From Eledone cirrhosa (taxonomy: Eukaryota), in contig OZ024746.1 of NCBI GenBank assembly GCA_964016885.1, forward strand, positions 41,478,001 through 41,542,000: a DNA stretch of 64,000 bases, given 5' to 3'. Under the pieces are notes generated by a model. That model did not search any database. It saw only the letters and a program-made list of their open reading frames with translations, and had not been told where the DNA came from. Of this stretch, positions 11,591 through 26,350 are shown one piece after another. A program made the position numbers and the translations under genes. Every line of letters begins with the position of its first letter. Position 1 is the first letter of the stretch.

Positions 11591-12534
11591 TTTATTTAAT
11601 ATGTTGGTATTATTAAATATATATGTTGGTATTATTCAAGTAGCTGAACAGACTATATGGCAGAAAACTTGTATATTAAATATGTCAAATTTATGAATTA
11701 AAGAAGCTTAGGCAAATATTTGTATGCTTACTTCAGTTAAATGCATGAGTTGAACATTTATTCATGACAAAAACAACATTTCAAGCATATACAGTAGTTT
11801 ATTAGCTAATGTTTACTAAGTCACAAAAGTGTAGGAAAGGAGAATAAGAATGTGAGACATTCTCAAGAGCATTTAATAATATAAACTATATTTAATAATA
11901 TAAATATAGTTAAAACTGACCTCAAATTGAAATCTGAAATGGCCTGCAAACTCAGCTTGTGGGAGTCTTATCATATGATAACAACATGTGTCACTGCTAG
12001 ATACAGTTACATTTAATATATACATAATCTCTTTGGAAATTTTTAGATCTCAGATATTCTAATCATTGACATTTTAAACTGTATATCTTTCTTAATCTAT
12101 GCATTGGGAGACATATTTCTAGAAGGTTTCATATATTATCTTAAACAGACAGGAAGTTAGCAATTCATTACAAGAAAAAGATATAGAAAAATAAAAAAGA
12201 AAAGATTTAAAAAATATGATTTATGATTATTATCATCATCATCATCATCATCATCATTTTTATGTTTAAGTAAACAAGTTAAGAAAAGAGTATGGAGGAA
12301 TAAAATATAGAATTAAAAGGAAGACTGTTTATCAAGAACTTGATAGGAAGAACTTCCTTGCTTTATTAAGTTTCTTTTAGTTCCCTTGGAGAGTTTACTG
12401 TTTGTATTCATAAAAAAATAAAATAAAAGATAAGTTATATTTGAAATATTTATCTTTTGATTAATAGAAACCAACATACATTCTTCATCCCATACCACAT
12501 AAAGCTTATACCCCATAGTAAATCATGTTGTATA

Positions 12535-13043
12535 CAGGGTGGGTAGAAAGAAATTCCCCATTTAAAATTGTTAATAACTTTATTAATTATTGGTCGATTT
12601 TCATAAAACATATTTTATTCTGAACAATACAGTGTTAAAATTCTACATATGCACTAGCGTTGTCCACCAGTGTTTGTAAATGTCTAGGTCTATCCTCGAC
12701 TGACTTCATGAGGAACTCAGGTGGTATGTTGATCAGTTCATGATAAATGCATTACTCCAATCAAGGCAATCTTTGGTTTTGAGCTATAAACTTCTTCCTT
12801 TGCCTACCCCCAGAGAAACAAAATCACAAGGTATTAAGTCAGGGCTTCTTGCTGGTCATTCATGTGGACCTTGATGACCCGGCTAATGTCCTGGAAACTG
12901 GACTTTAAGTCACTCATTAACAGTGCATGCAAAATGAGGAGGGAGCCCCATCTTGTATGAATATGAGGTCATTGATGTTGTCCCAAGGGGTCACAGTAGG
13001 CCAAAAGTAATTTTCAATAGAGAGTTTCTTTCCACCCACCTTG
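12535..13043 (-). mobile_element. Internally deleted Tc1/mariner DNA transposon (maT/DD37D-like)
   Basis: TIRs cagggtgggtagaaagaaa and tttctttccacccaccttg, with TA on both sides. The minus strand encodes a decayed transposase C-terminus: FIQDGAP-PHF..FPGH..GPHE*PARSPDLIPCDF. Confidence 0.88.
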
Positions 13044-13214
13044 TAGTAAACCAGACTACATTAAGCAATACCTATATTAAAATATTGTACTATGAAAAAC
13101 ACAACATGGATTAACATGTTCAACCTGTTAGAAATAGCATCCACAAATCTTCCTCAAACTATACCTTAAGGCCTTATAAAAATCACATTGGATAATGTAG
13201 TCTGGGGCACATAG

Positions 13215-13372
13215 GTGGCAAATTGGCAGAGTCGTTAGAATGTCAGATAGAATGCTTTCTGGTATTTGTTCTGGCTCTCTGCTCTCTGAGTTCTAATCCC
13301 TCCCACTAAGGTCAACTTTGCCATTCATCCTTTTGAGGTCAATAAAAAAAGTACCAGTCTAGCACTGGGGGT
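13215..13372 (+). mobile_element. Old group 2 SINE
   Basis: ttggcagagtcgttagaa, ctgagttctaatccc and caactttgccattcatcc motifs. Similar old copies lie near 18300, 22730, 30590, 31660, 44195 and 57255 (+), and near 17430, 43500, 53950 and 56105 (-). Confidence 0.75.
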
Positions 13373-13767
13373 TCATTCTTCCTCTATATCTCTTTCTCAT
13401 TTTCTATCTTTCTCTGAAAGAAATCTGCTGTACTCAGGCCTGGAGAGGCTCCACAAGGCTTAAAATACCCTAGAAATGCTGTATGGCAATATGACATCCC
13501 TCGGAGTTAGGGTACCATACATACATAGTCTGGTGGTCATGGCTTAAATTTTTTATTGGCTAAAGGTCTGCTTGATAAGGTTTGATCTGGGGCTAAATAA
13601 CACCAACACACCACTACTCTGGCAATCTACCAGAACTCCTATTTCATTTTTTGTGAGTTTTGCATTTGCATTAACTACACTGTATAACATTTCTACCTAT
13701 TTGTTTCTTTATATTAAGCAAAACCAGTTCCTAGTTGGCACTGGGACCTTGTATTGTCACTAATAAA

Positions 13768-13864
13768 CTAGAACTTTTGTCTCTGCCATTCTGTAGTCCA
13801 GATCTTTTTTGGGCGGGGGTTTGGAATTCTTTCAGCAGTGCTTTCACAGGCTCTAAATGAGAAC
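13768..13864 (-). CDS. Candidate terminal coding exon of an unidentified gene
   Basis: Acceptor tcataatag|G. The phase-2 frame gives FSFRACESTAERIPNPRPKKIWTTEWQRQKF*. The sequence is non-repetitive and more GC-rich than its flanks. No homolog recognised. Confidence 0.3.
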
Positions 13865-13901
13865 CTATTATGAATACATACATAAAAATATGCACATTCA
13901 A

Positions 13902-13936
<35 letters not shown>

Positions 13937-13959
13937 CACCTGCATATATATATATATTA

Positions 13960-14190
13960 TGTAATGCACATGGATGATGACCACTGGGTAAAGAAGCGCC
14001 AGGTAATCCTACTGGAAGGAAGACTCAGTAGAGGAAGACCATGGAAAACATGGGTGGAGGTGGTGAGAACTGACCTCAGGTCACTGAAGCTCACAGAGGA
14101 GATGATGGAGGACCGTGACAAATGTGCTGAAGAGGACCCATCCCACTCTTGCAAGCAGAGAAAAGCGGATGTAAAATGATGATGATGATA
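13960..14190 (+). mobile_element. 5'-truncated RTE-clade LINE 3' end
   Basis: VMHMDDDHWVKK..EGRLSRGRPWKTWVEVVRTDL (RTE C-terminal GRP-K-W motif), followed by a (TGA)n tail. Confidence 0.88.
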
Positions 14191-14380
14191 TCATTTTGCA
14201 GGAAATTTGTCTTGATAGTTTCCTATTAAATAAACTGTTCAATATATATGTGAAAAGAAGATAATTCTTTTAAAAAAATGTTTTCCTGTTTTTTGTATGT
14301 TTTTCTCCAAAGGTTTTTTTCCCCATTTAGTTATTCAAAATAGTGGTAATACACATTTAGTTTAAAACAATTGCCCCACC

Positions 14381-14463
<83 letters not shown>

Positions 14464-15546
14464 GGACAACCTAGTAGTTAGTTGATAGAGTATTATCATT
14501 CTACTTTCTAGTTTTACATTTTCTCTTTGTCTGACATATCAGCAGTAAGAACAACTAAAGATTAAGGATGATTTCTTTTCTTTTACTGATAGACTGGCAA
14601 TATCATTTGCTCTAAGCAGCTCATAACCTTTATAAAAGGTCAAAATACATCCAGGTATTGAATATGCCCACCTACTTTTCATTTCCATTGAACACACTGT
14701 TGTTTTTGACTCTTGGTATTTCTGATTGTATCAAAAGAAAAAAAAAGTATCTGCTTAGTTTACAATGCTTTTCACATAGATATACTGATGTTCTTCATCC
14801 ACCATTGAATAATACAAGCCATTTTTGTTGATTATACAGTTTCTTTAATAGTTCTCTACCTTCATTCTAGTTCCAATCACATAAAGATGTTACTCTTTAT
14901 CAGTCTCACTCTCTTCTCCCTCTCTCTCCCTCACTTCTTCAGTCTCTTTCTCACATTCTTCATTTCGTATAAACCAATATGATTAATCAATCTCTCTATG
15001 ACAATATTGACACAGTCTCTGAATCTTTCTACCTGAATATCTTCTACATTTCTGAAATTTTACTGACTTATTTTATGTATTCCACTGAAATATTCTGTCT
15101 TCATGTAACTTTTCTGTTTTTCACACGTGAATGAATTCTACAAGATAAGAGGACAGTTTTTCAACTTTAGTCTGGAAATGAAGCAAATCAAGTATTTTTA
15201 TCAATAATTACGCAGTATTGGACATGTTAGTGTATGTACACATCTTGTTGTCATTGAAGGCAACAATGTCTCTCTCTACAGACATACTCACACAAACTAT
15301 ATATACAGTCGTTCAACTATAAATACTGCGAGATAAACCATTGACATTTATTAAAATCGCTTCCTAAACATATGCACACATTCAGATATACAAATGTTAA
15401 AATATGTAACAATATTTTAGAACACACACTACTTGTAATCATACACATATATCTGTAAAAATATGTCTTCCTCTCACTGTGTATGTGTGTGTGTGCATAC
15501 ATCTGTGTGCATATATATATGTATATATATATATATATATATACAT

Positions 15547-15626
<80 letters not shown>

Positions 15627-15641
15627 GAACAAGTAGCTTAC

Positions 15642-15665
15642 AAGTCTGCTTCCTTTCTAATTCTT
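15642..15665 (-). CDS. Candidate 24-nt microexon
   Basis: caactttcag|AAGAATTAGAAAGGAAGCAGACTT|gtaagc: canonical sites, purine-rich and frame-preserving, lying between (TG)n and (TA)n tracts. Confidence 0.3.
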
Positions 15666-17168
15666 CTGAAAGTTGTACACACATACACACACACATACAC
15701 ACATGTGTGCGTGAGTACACAAGCACACAGGAACATCCACACCAACACACACGCTCATACACATTCACCTCCTCCTACAACATATATACCCTCCCCTCTC
15801 ACATCTAAACTCTTTCTACGGCTATATAAATAAACACAGCAGTGATACCATATTAAAACAACACAAAAGTGCTTACATCTCTATAGATAACACATGTTTG
15901 TACAGATAAAAAAGATACAAAACCCCACTTAATATAATACACAAACATAAAGACAAAAGGATACATGCAACTATGCACAATTATACATAGGAAATTTGCA
16001 CAAGAACAACCATGTATATACATGTGTACAATAACAATGCACATTTAAACATACCTATATTATACAAACAAAAAATAGTTGCTATTGTTGTTGTTGTTGC
16101 TGCTTAGCCCCAGGTTAGCCCTGATTGAATAAGTCTGTGATCAAAGGATTTCCAGCTGTGATCAGCTTGTTATTTTTTTAAGGTAGAATGGATCTAGGAC
16201 AGCATTATCCTCAATACTTATTATATATCCGTCTCATTTTTATGATGGCAGGGTGTCATAGGAAAGTAGTTTACCTGCTATCTCTAGCAGGTCAGTATAG
16301 AAACTTCTTCTGGTTGCATGAATGAAAAAGGTTCTATTCCTGGTCTAACTCACTTTACTTATTCCTCTGATTTTATCTGTTTCATATTGTACTTAGGTTT
16401 TAGACAGAAATGAGTTCTACTCCATTGGTTGATTTTCCTCTTAACTCCTGATTGAGTTGTAAGAGGTACCATCATGACATATAGAGTGTCTTAATTATGA
16501 AAACCTAGTGGAGGCCACCCCTCTCCATGTCTGACCACAGAGAGAAAGAGACAGAGACAAACCAACATTGAAGGAGCCCTAGTATTGGACTGATACTTTA
16601 CCAACATCAAAGAAATGAAAGCAAAGTTTTCAGTGGTAATCCAATAACTTCTTCAGAGTTAGTCATTCTCAACCACCTCCACCTCTCACACAATTAAGAA
16701 CGTTTATGAAGCAATGAAGGACTTTTTACAGGGTCACTTGATCTATCTGAAATAGCAGCCAAATCTCCTTAATATCACACCCTACTATCTTAAAAAATTA
16801 AAGGACATATCATATAATGTGATTCGAGATAGAGTATTTCTGAAAACAAAAAATGATCTTGGCTGGAATGCCTTTGATCATAGGTCTGCTACAGCAACAA
16901 CAACAACAACAACAACAACAACAAAAAGAACATTTATAAAAACACAACACAACAAAACAACTATAACACAGAAGTAATCATTAATATAGACAGAATTTAC
17001 ACATACTCATTAACATATACACACATGCTTATATGTGTGTATATGTGTATGTTATACACATGCATAGTCTAATTATAAATGTGTACTCATGCACTAATGC
17101 ATATATTAGATGCTGTTGCACACACACACATACCCTCACATCCATATCTAAAATACCAGCTGACTTAC

Positions 17169-17213
17169 AGGAAACCACTCACAAGAAAGTAGTTGTTAAG
17201 TATATAGATATAT
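17169..17213 (-). CDS. Candidate 45-nt exon
   Basis: tttatttctatgcag|...TTCCT|gtaagt. Only one frame is open: YIYILNNYFLVSGF (phase 2 to phase 2). Confidence 0.25.
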
Positions 17214-17570
17214 CTGCATAGAAATAAATAGATGTACGTACACTTTCTGCTTGTCACACACCGCACACTGTCACTTGTAATCGAGTATGACTTAGTAGTA
17301 TTTACCTTGCTTTCGCTAAGTATTTTGGGTGCCTGTGCACTTGGAAGCAAACATAGACACCCTCTTGATTGTCCCTCATTTTATCCATTGTAACATCCAA
17401 GATGTAACAAGCTGGAAAGAGAGACATCTGCACTAGCACTGGGCTGGTACTTTCTTTATTGGCCCCTGAAAGGATGAATAGCAAAGTTGATGTTGGTAGG
17501 GTTTGAACTCAAAATGCAGAGAGAAGGAGCAAATATCCAATGGACCAATTAATCTGTTACATTGAATGCC

Positions 17571-17572
<2 letters not shown>

Positions 17573-17660
<88 letters not shown>

Positions 17661-17917
17661 CAACCCCCACACACAAAACAGACATCTTGGTGAGTGAGAA
17701 AGAGAGATGGAGAGAGAAGGAAAGAGAGTGAGTAAGTTAGTGAGTGAGTTAAGAATAGGAAAAAGAGAGAGTGATACAGTATATTTATATCTATATATCT
17801 ATATATATATGTATATATACATGTGTGTAGAATGAGTAAATGGGGTAGGGGAACAACTATATATGTGTGTGTGCGTGTGTGTGTGTATATATTATATATA
17901 CATATATATATATAAAT

Positions 17918-17950
<33 letters not shown>

Positions 17951-17957
17951 GAGAGAG

Positions 17958-17991
<34 letters not shown>

Positions 17992-18036
17992 AGGGAGAGG
18001 GAGAGAGAGAGGGAGAGAGAGAGATAGAGAGAGAGA
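17573..18036. repeat. Microsatellite cluster (CA)n, (TA)n, (GA)n, (GATA)n
   Basis: Direct reading. Confidence 0.95.
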
Positions 18037-18554
18037 GGAATAATCAACACAGGCAGAAGAGAACTGAGATGGCCTGAACAATGGGATGGGGAGGGCGAAA
18101 TGAACAGATGTAAACTGAATCAAAATGTCTGACAGTCATTTTTTGCTTTAAGGTAAACATTGATTCACCTGTTGTTTTACCAGTGAAATCATTGTTTATT
18201 ATTCCAATCACACAGCAGCAGGTAGAGCACTAGTAACATTATTATTATTATTATTATTTTTCTTACTATTGTTATTATTATTGAGGGTGGTGAAGGTGGT
18301 GGTTTGTCAGAGTCATTAGAGCATTGGACAAATGCTTACATTCTGAGTTCAAATCCTACCAAGGTTACCTTTGTCTTTCATCCTTATGGGGTCGATAAAT
18401 AAAGTACCAGTAAGGCACTGGGTCGATTTAATTGATTTTTCCCCACCACCACCACTACTATTACTACTACAGTTTACATCTACTTTCCATGATAATAACA
18501 CCTATCATTATTTGAAACTGTCTTTGTCCATTTGTTGTAGTTAATACTTAATGT

Positions 18555-18840
18555 GAAGGCACACAACTTAGTGGTTAGGCTCATGATTGTAAGGTCATGA
18601 ATTTAATTCCAGTAGGCCTGTTGTGCCCTTGAGCAAGAGACTTTATTTCCCGTTGCTCCAGTACACTCAGCTGGTAAAAGTGAATTGTACTTGTAATTCA
18701 AAAGGCCGGCCATGTCACATTCTTTGTCATGCTGAATCTCCCTGAAAATTATGTTAAATGTATTTGTGTCTGTGAAATGCTCAGTCTGTAGAATGCTCAG
18801 CCACCTGTACATTAATTTCATTAGCAGGATGTTTCATTGA
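18555..18840 (+). mobile_element. SINE with group 1 tRNA/core head but a different 3' body
   Basis: ttagtggttag and ccttgagcaagagactttatttc..gctccagtacactcagctg, followed by a body ending gctcagccac-tgtacattaatttc. The same body occurs at 54170-54430 (-). Confidence 0.75.
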
Positions 18841-21800
18841 TGATGTTAAAAGCTTGATTCTTTATTTTCTGACCACTCTCTACTGATCTCAATCCTCAAC
18901 TACTTTTTTCCCTTGTCCCTCTTCTCCTCTCCTACATTGTTTCTATGTACACATGTGTAATTGTTCTTCTTTTATTAAAAGAATGCATACAAATAAACAC
19001 ACTTTATATAGAAAATTTATAACAAGAGGTGCTGGAGTTTCTAATAATTTTTGTGGCAAGTCAACACACTCATTGCATTTCCACAGGTGATAGTGAGGCT
19101 AAGACACTGCAATAATCAAGTACTTTGATAGACATTACCTGATACCTTGGTAAGGCAAGTTGCCAACAATGACATGAACCTTGTTGTCAATGGCCCAGCT
19201 TGAATAAAAATAGTTTTCCTACAATTCTTGGCCCTTTATTCATCACCTCCCTGCTTGACATTCTCACTTAATTCCTACTTTTCTTAATCTGGCCCTCACC
19301 CATCTAATTGGAATCTTGCTCAAAAATTTGACCCCCATTTTCATACACTTTACTTCCTACATCATTCTACATTTCTCATAATACTTCTACTTACACCAAC
19401 TCTAACACTACACAACACATCACCTCTCATTGTTTCCACCCACCTAACTCTGTATCACTCCTTTACTTCATTTTCTCATTTGAAATTTATGAGCTATGCC
19501 ATAAGACTCTCTCTCACTGTCGCTCTCACCCCATCCTCTCTCTCTCTCTTGCCCCCTTTTCTATTTTAGTCCTTCTCTCTCTTTTTCTTTCACTCCTCTT
19601 CTCCTCTTCTCTCTCATGTACCCTCTCTGTCTATTTGTCTGTCTGCCTCTCCTTCTCTCTCCTTGCAGCAAATCACCTTACTGACCTCTACTATAAACCT
19701 TCTTGTGGATTAATTTTTGCCAACACAAACTACCACAAGTTAGTAAAGTGCCTTGCCCAAAGACAAGTAAATGTCAACAGTACAACAGTACATAAGAATA
19801 TAACAAAAAAAGACATTGTATTCCAATACCATATTCACTAAATCCTCTCCATGTACACAGCTCAAAATATGATCTTTTTGTTGCATCTCCACCTATTCTG
19901 TGGAATAGGTTAATATATTAAGCAGTCATTTCTATGTCATGTTCTGTTGACAAGTGTAAATTGTTATAATCCTTGTCAGCTTACTTAACTTGACTAAAAC
20001 ACATCACCATCTCTATTAACACCATTTTCTTCTTCTGCTTAAAAAAAATAACAAAAAATGTCTGCACCGTTTATTATTCAGGAAAATTAATTCTTGTTTC
20101 CTTGTATGTTATTTCATTTTTACATTGTTTGCTGCTACTGCTGCTGCTGTTGTTACACTAGTAGTAGTAGTTGTTGTTGTTACTACTCTAATTATGTAAA
20201 TTAGCATATTTCTCTAATGTTAAATATTAAAAATAATAAAATGAAAAAAATATAGTAACAATAGTTGAATCTGCAAAAATACTCTGAGAGAAAAATCTGA
20301 ATCCTGCATATGCATGACTTGAATTAAATAAAGCACAATTTCTATTGAATTTATTTGCAAAATTGAAATTTAGAGCCTGTAGAAATTACAAGCATCTTGT
20401 TACTATATTGTTGATTTTATCTTTACTAGTTTATGTTTTCATTTTAGTATTTTTTTTATGGATTTTTGCTTTAAGACTATATTCAAATCAATTGTTACAG
20501 CTTCTGTAATAAATGTATTTTAAATTGTTTTGCTATCTTTACTACTCGTTCCAATTTCAAAGACCAAAGATTCATTTATTCACCAAAAATGGAATGAAAA
20601 AAAAACAAAACAACAACAACAACAGCAAACAAAACAAACTGACTAAATAAAATAAAGGAAGAGAATGTATATTACAGATTTCACTAATATAAGTAAAGTT
20701 ATAATAAAAAACTAGTAAAACATTTTGCTTAAAAATACCACCACTCACAACAAAGAAATAAAGTTGTTCCTCACCCTTTTATATACACAAAAAACAAAAA
20801 AATGAACAAAAATGAACTGAAAATGAGTGTCATCTTACAAAAGGAACTAAAGGGGAAAAATTAAAGAATAGCAAAAACAAAACCTATATTTTCACAACAC
20901 AATATTAGAGGCATAAAAATGATGTTACTGCTTATATAAGTTTGTTATTATTTTCTAAAATAATCTTGCCAAACAAAGGGTCGAAAGTACTCTTCAGTTG
21001 TATCAAAGACATGATAACCTCTATACTGTTGGTGATCGACATGATAAAGTAACACAGTACACTCTGTAAAGTGGCTTCCAGCTATAGAAAACCTGCCAGG
21101 AGGCAGGTTAGGAGGGCTCTTCAGCTGAGTCAAAGACGTGATAACCTCTCTAGTCAATAGGGGGTGGGAACATATGTAAATGAAATGTAAAAGTCTATCT
21201 GATAGGGCCATAGCTTTGCTTGAGTACTGACACTGTCTGCAAAAACCCATCCAAATCTTGCAAGCAGAGAAGATGGTTGATGATGATGATGAAATTACCA
21301 ATACCACACTTCCGTCTCTATATTAAATTTGCCAAGGATATGCTCTAGTTCAGTACATACTTCATATCAACCCTCATCAATATCAGAATGAAGTTCCCCT
21401 CATCAAGGCCTTGGTTACTTTGAATCTGTATGGCTGTAGTATATAGACAGTAAAAACAGCTAAAGCTAAACTCCTCATTGCATTCAGTCATGAAATCTGG
21501 TGATGTTGTTTTAGTTATTCATAGCAGAACGTGGTGACAAATGAGGAACTGGGGAGGCACATAGGAGGTTGCTGGACCTTTTGACCCAACATGTTTTATG
21601 TGTGCAAAGTAAACTAGTGTAGTCATGAAGGGTGATGGAGTGATCTCTTGGATGGAGTGATCACAAGATTTCTGGCACAAGTAAGGTGCATAACCTAAAG
21701 CTAGCTGGGTAAAACTTCACAGTCTTTCAGTGAATGAACTGAAAGTTACTGGACAATGCAAAAACCAAATCCTACAGCGTTGCCCATCATCTAATCCATA

Positions 21801-23214
21801 GAAGGGGATGTCAAGGGATGACCAAACAACCCCTCTAGATGAATGTGCATATCTGTATTATTTTTACCACTGCCATATCACTACTACCTACAATCAGTAG
21901 TCTTATCATCATCAATATGACCCAATGAATTGCATGAAATAACAGTTAAATCTCCGTCAGATCATATCGTACCATTTTCAAAAATGTAAGGCTATATTAG
22001 ATCATGTAATCCTGGATATATTAGAACTAAAGAAAAGATGATATTGTCATGACTGGACTGCTTTTAGTCGTATATCTTCTCAATGAGGATAGACAAAAGG
22101 TTAAATTGCATGCAAGAACAACAACCACTATTATCACCATTACAATCAGTTATTCCTCCATCACCACAACTACCATCATCAAAACCAACACCACAATTAT
22201 GACTGTTATCAACATCACTGCCAGAGGAGTTTCTAGCTAGTTGTTTGAACTGATAGAAATAGCTAGAAATTTTATTAATTCATACCATCTCATCTTAAAA
22301 AACGAACACAATGTATTATATAGTTATAGATAAACAAAAATGCAGATGGAAATAAACTAGCTTCAAGATATGGGCTAGAATGCCTTTAATCATGTTTGCT
22401 CAATCAAGACACTTCTAAATAAATATATGACAAAGGCAATATTTTTCTATATCTCTATTTATATTGGCATAGTTGTTGAAATAGTTCCCAATTCTTCATA
22501 CTTCTACATAAAATAGATTACACTTCAGAATTGAATGTATTTTCATCATAGCTTTTTAACCCAACCTTGTACAAAGTTTTATGCAATGGTATCAATAATC
22601 CAATACATAGACACTCTGACGAAGGCTTCAAAAGGTTTGTATTTAAAACATGGCTGCTCACCAAAGAATCACATTTTAGAATGGGATGTAGGTTCAGTAT
22701 AACTTTATAATATGGCATCAAAATGACAAATTAGTTGAGTCATTAGGGCATCAGATAAAATTCCTTGCAGTATTTGTTCAAGCAATCTGTAGTTCTGAGT
22801 TCAAATCATGCCGAGGTTAACTTTGCCTTTGATCTTCTGGGGTCAATAAATAAGATATTAGTTTATTACTGTGGCTGATTCCTCTTCTTTACTATGTGGA
22901 TTCTACCTGTAATGTAAATGTCCAGTTTTGTCCTTGTCACATTGTGTCATTCTGAAAATTGCATTAAGGACACAGATGTTTGTGAAATATTCAGCCACTT
23001 ACACATTAAATGTACTAGTAAGAATTCAGTTGATCAAATAAGTGAATGTTTATCTCTGAGACTGTCAGAATATTATGGCATCAGGATAACTATTATAATC
23101 AACATAGCCTCACAAACTGACAAAGGGCTCAAAACTAATATAATAACCCTTACCTTCAATGATTTGTAAGAAAAAAAGAATAGGAGGTGAAGAACAATTA
23201 AAGTTGCTTTAGAT

Positions 23215-23488
23215 CAGAGGTTCTCAAAGCAGGCACTACTGCCCCCCTGGGAGAAGGTCCAGAGGGGGGGGGGGGGCGCTGGGCCTAGATGATATAATAG
23301 TATATTAAATATCAAATGATACATATTATATATAAATATAGTAAAATAAAAAAGTATATATTTATTTATTCATAGTAATGATTTTATCTATTATATATTA
23401 TTTACCTGCATGTAGGCAGGTTTCTCTGTAAATAGGGGAGGGGGGTGTGCTGAGGCTATTACATGGCTGTGAGGTTTGAGAACCTATG
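23215..23488. mobile_element. hAT (Charlie-like) MITE
   Basis: TIRs cagaggttctcaaa and tttgagaacctatg. The 8-bp TSD is ctttagat (23207-23214) and atttagat (23489-23496). Confidence 0.85.
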
Positions 23489-23573
23489 ATTTAGATAAAT
23501 GAGGAAAACATCACCAGGACAGATCTTCAGATTAATTACAATATTAGACTTTACAGGGATTGTGTGCGTGTGT

Positions 23574-23608
<35 letters not shown>

Positions 23609-24112
23609 TATGCAGAAAAGGATTTTCAAAGAGATTGGAACATTACTAACAGATTCATCAGAGCAAAGAGTAGAGGAAGCTGTATTAATGTAATATTGGG
23701 CAGAAAAACTGATTTTAAAAGGAACTAAACTAACTTCAAGATATTCTGCTAGTTTGAAAATTAAAAAAGAAAATCCTAATCTTTAAAACTATAGGGCAAA
23801 ATCAACCTTTTAAAAATGTTTCTCATTATTGTATTTAACTCAGCTTTGATTATTTCTGATGTTTAAAGTATTTGAAATAACCAACCTGATCTCTTTAGTT
23901 CTGAAATATGAGGTGAGCACTGCTTTATAATTAAATTAACAATTAATTTAATTTTCTGGTGCTAGCTGATGTATTCTATATGAATATTTTATATAGCAAG
24001 TCACTTACGGTAAACCAGCAAACAAACATGAAAGCAATAATTCCACCAACAAATTCTAATAAGCCAGAAAGGTTTGGAATTGTATTCCTTGTTTGCTTAG
24101 ATAAAGAATAAT

Positions 24113-24297
24113 TGTTTCTACTTTTGGCACAAGGCCAGCAATTACCCAGTACATTACTGGTACTTTATTTTATCGACCCCGTAAGGATGAAAGGCAAAGT
24201 TAACCTCGGCAGGATTTGAACTCAGACCGTAAAGGGACGTAACTATGCTGGAAAGCATGGCGTCCGACTCTCTACTGATACTGCCAATCCACTGCCC
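24113..24297 (-). mobile_element. Young group 2 SINE with 21-bp TSD
   Basis: Perfect tttgcttagataaagaataat at 24092-24112 and 24298-24318. Near-identical to 2368-2556. Confidence 0.93.
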
Positions 24298-25894
24298 TTT
24301 GCTTAGATAAAGAATAATATTGGCTAATCTATATATAAATTTCTGCAATTCTGTAAAGAGAGAGGAGTAGTTAGACTACTTCATACTACTCGCTCTTTAC
24401 ATCTGCTGCCTGCGTGAATGTATGTGTGTGTAAAAAGAAGGAAGGGGATGGTGAAAAAAACTACACTGTGTGTGAGTGTATGTGTGTGTTTGCGTAAATG
24501 TGTGTGTTTGTGTGAATGTATGTCTGTGAGTGTGTATTTTTGTAAGTGTTTGTGCGTTTATATTTATATACTCATACATATAAATGTATGCATATACACA
24601 CACATACACACATACACACATACACATACACACATACACAAAAGTGTCTGCATATGGAAAAAATTCTAATTTCTAATATTTCTTATAATTACAACACCAC
24701 ATTTACTGGATATTTTTGATGTTAAAAACATTTGAAACCACCAACCAAACTAACCCCTCAATGAATTCATTGGCAAAGTTTATTGAAAGATTCATTTATA
24801 AAAACTGCCTTTTTAGAAAAAAAATTTCTGACCTGAATGTGCAGTATTTTCTAATGAATCAATACATAATAAAAAAAATAGAACCACACCACTGATCTTC
24901 TCCTTACTTTCTATATATTTAAAGCCTAATAATTTCTCATAATCATTAACAGACAGAAGCAAAACTAGGGAAAATAGAGCCTATGGCAAGCAGTGGAATT
25001 GTGCTCCTGCGCAGCACTGTATTTTTAATTATTTATATAAATGGTATGGTTTTATGATCCAGCCACCATAGTGTTCTCCATGATAATCAGAGACAGATCA
25101 TACATCTGAAGGAGTCTCTTTTTTCACTTTCCAATGAGGCTTATTTGACTTTAATAGAATATGCTGCTAGTCCAAGTGGCGCCCCCTTCATGTGGCTCCC
25201 AGGGCACGTGCCATGCTTGCCATACCCTAGTTACACCTCTGTTAACAGAGGTATCACATTTTAAGTAATTTTGGTACTCTGCATTCTCAAAATTGCATAA
25301 AAGACAATTTATAACCTTTAACAAAGTAGAAATACACCTCACACAAAGGCATGGATCCATTTCTAAATTTGGAATATTCCTCATGTTCACCTGCATATTA
25401 GCTTTGGAAACAATTCAACATTTTTTCCTTCAACTACCATATAACTTCTGCTACTATGTACTCACTAACTCTATGAAATTTATAAAAACTGCTTTACATT
25501 AATTCAGTAACAAACTGCAATTGCACTCTGATCCTTCGGTAAAGAAGACCTTAAAAAGGTCACAAGTACCATCATGTTTGCCTAGACAGATGAATAAATT
25601 ATTAATACACCAACACAGCATGAATATTAGATAATTAGATATACTAAGATACAATTATATGTTTAAAACATGAACCTCATGGAATATAACACAAGTTCTT
25701 GACAGCACAGCATGAGAGTCAAACTAACTGCACAGTTTAAAACATGTAAAAGTTCTTAACAGTTCACTCAACTCAGACTGCTGTGATTAAAAACAAAACA
25801 AAACACATTTATACTCATATAGAAACCTGCACTGTAATTCACACTGGGTAAGTTAATTTGCATAGTGGTATTAGTTTGACAACTCTTGAAATAT

Positions 25895-26287
25895 TATTAA
25901 TGCACTAACACAACAGGAAAAGTGTGTGTGTGTGTGTGTGTGTGTGTGAGTGTGAGTGTGATTAATGCTCTAACACAACATGAAAAAGTGTGTGTGTGTG
26001 AGTGTGAGTGTGAGTGTGAGTGTGATTAATGCTCTAACACAACATGAAAAAGTGTGTGTGTGTGTGTCCCCGTGTGAAAGTGTGTGTGAGTGTGTGTGAG
26101 TGTGTGTATGTATGTGTGGGTATGTGCATGCGTGTGTAAATGTGTGTATGTGTGAATGTGTCTGAGTGTATGTATGTGTGTGTGAGTGTGTGTATGAGTG
26201 TGTGTGTGTGTGCATGAGTGTGTATGTGTATGTATATGTGTGCGAGTGCGTGTGTGAATCTGAGTGTGTATTTGTGAATGTGTGTGC

Positions 26288-26332
<45 letters not shown>

Positions 26333-26350
26333 TGTGAATGTGTTTGTGTA
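25895..26350. repeat. Three tandem attaatgc-ctaacacaaca-gaaaa(tg)n units plus a long (TG)n-rich tract
   Basis: Units start near 25896, 25961 and 26025. Confidence 0.85.

Noticed and set aside
22615-22650. CTGACGAagg hammerhead-like start
   Set aside because: No GAAA or convincing helices follow.
25170-25250. hAT-like terminus (ccctagttacacctctg) and short palindrome cctctgttaacagagg
   Set aside because: No matching second TIR or TSD could be found.
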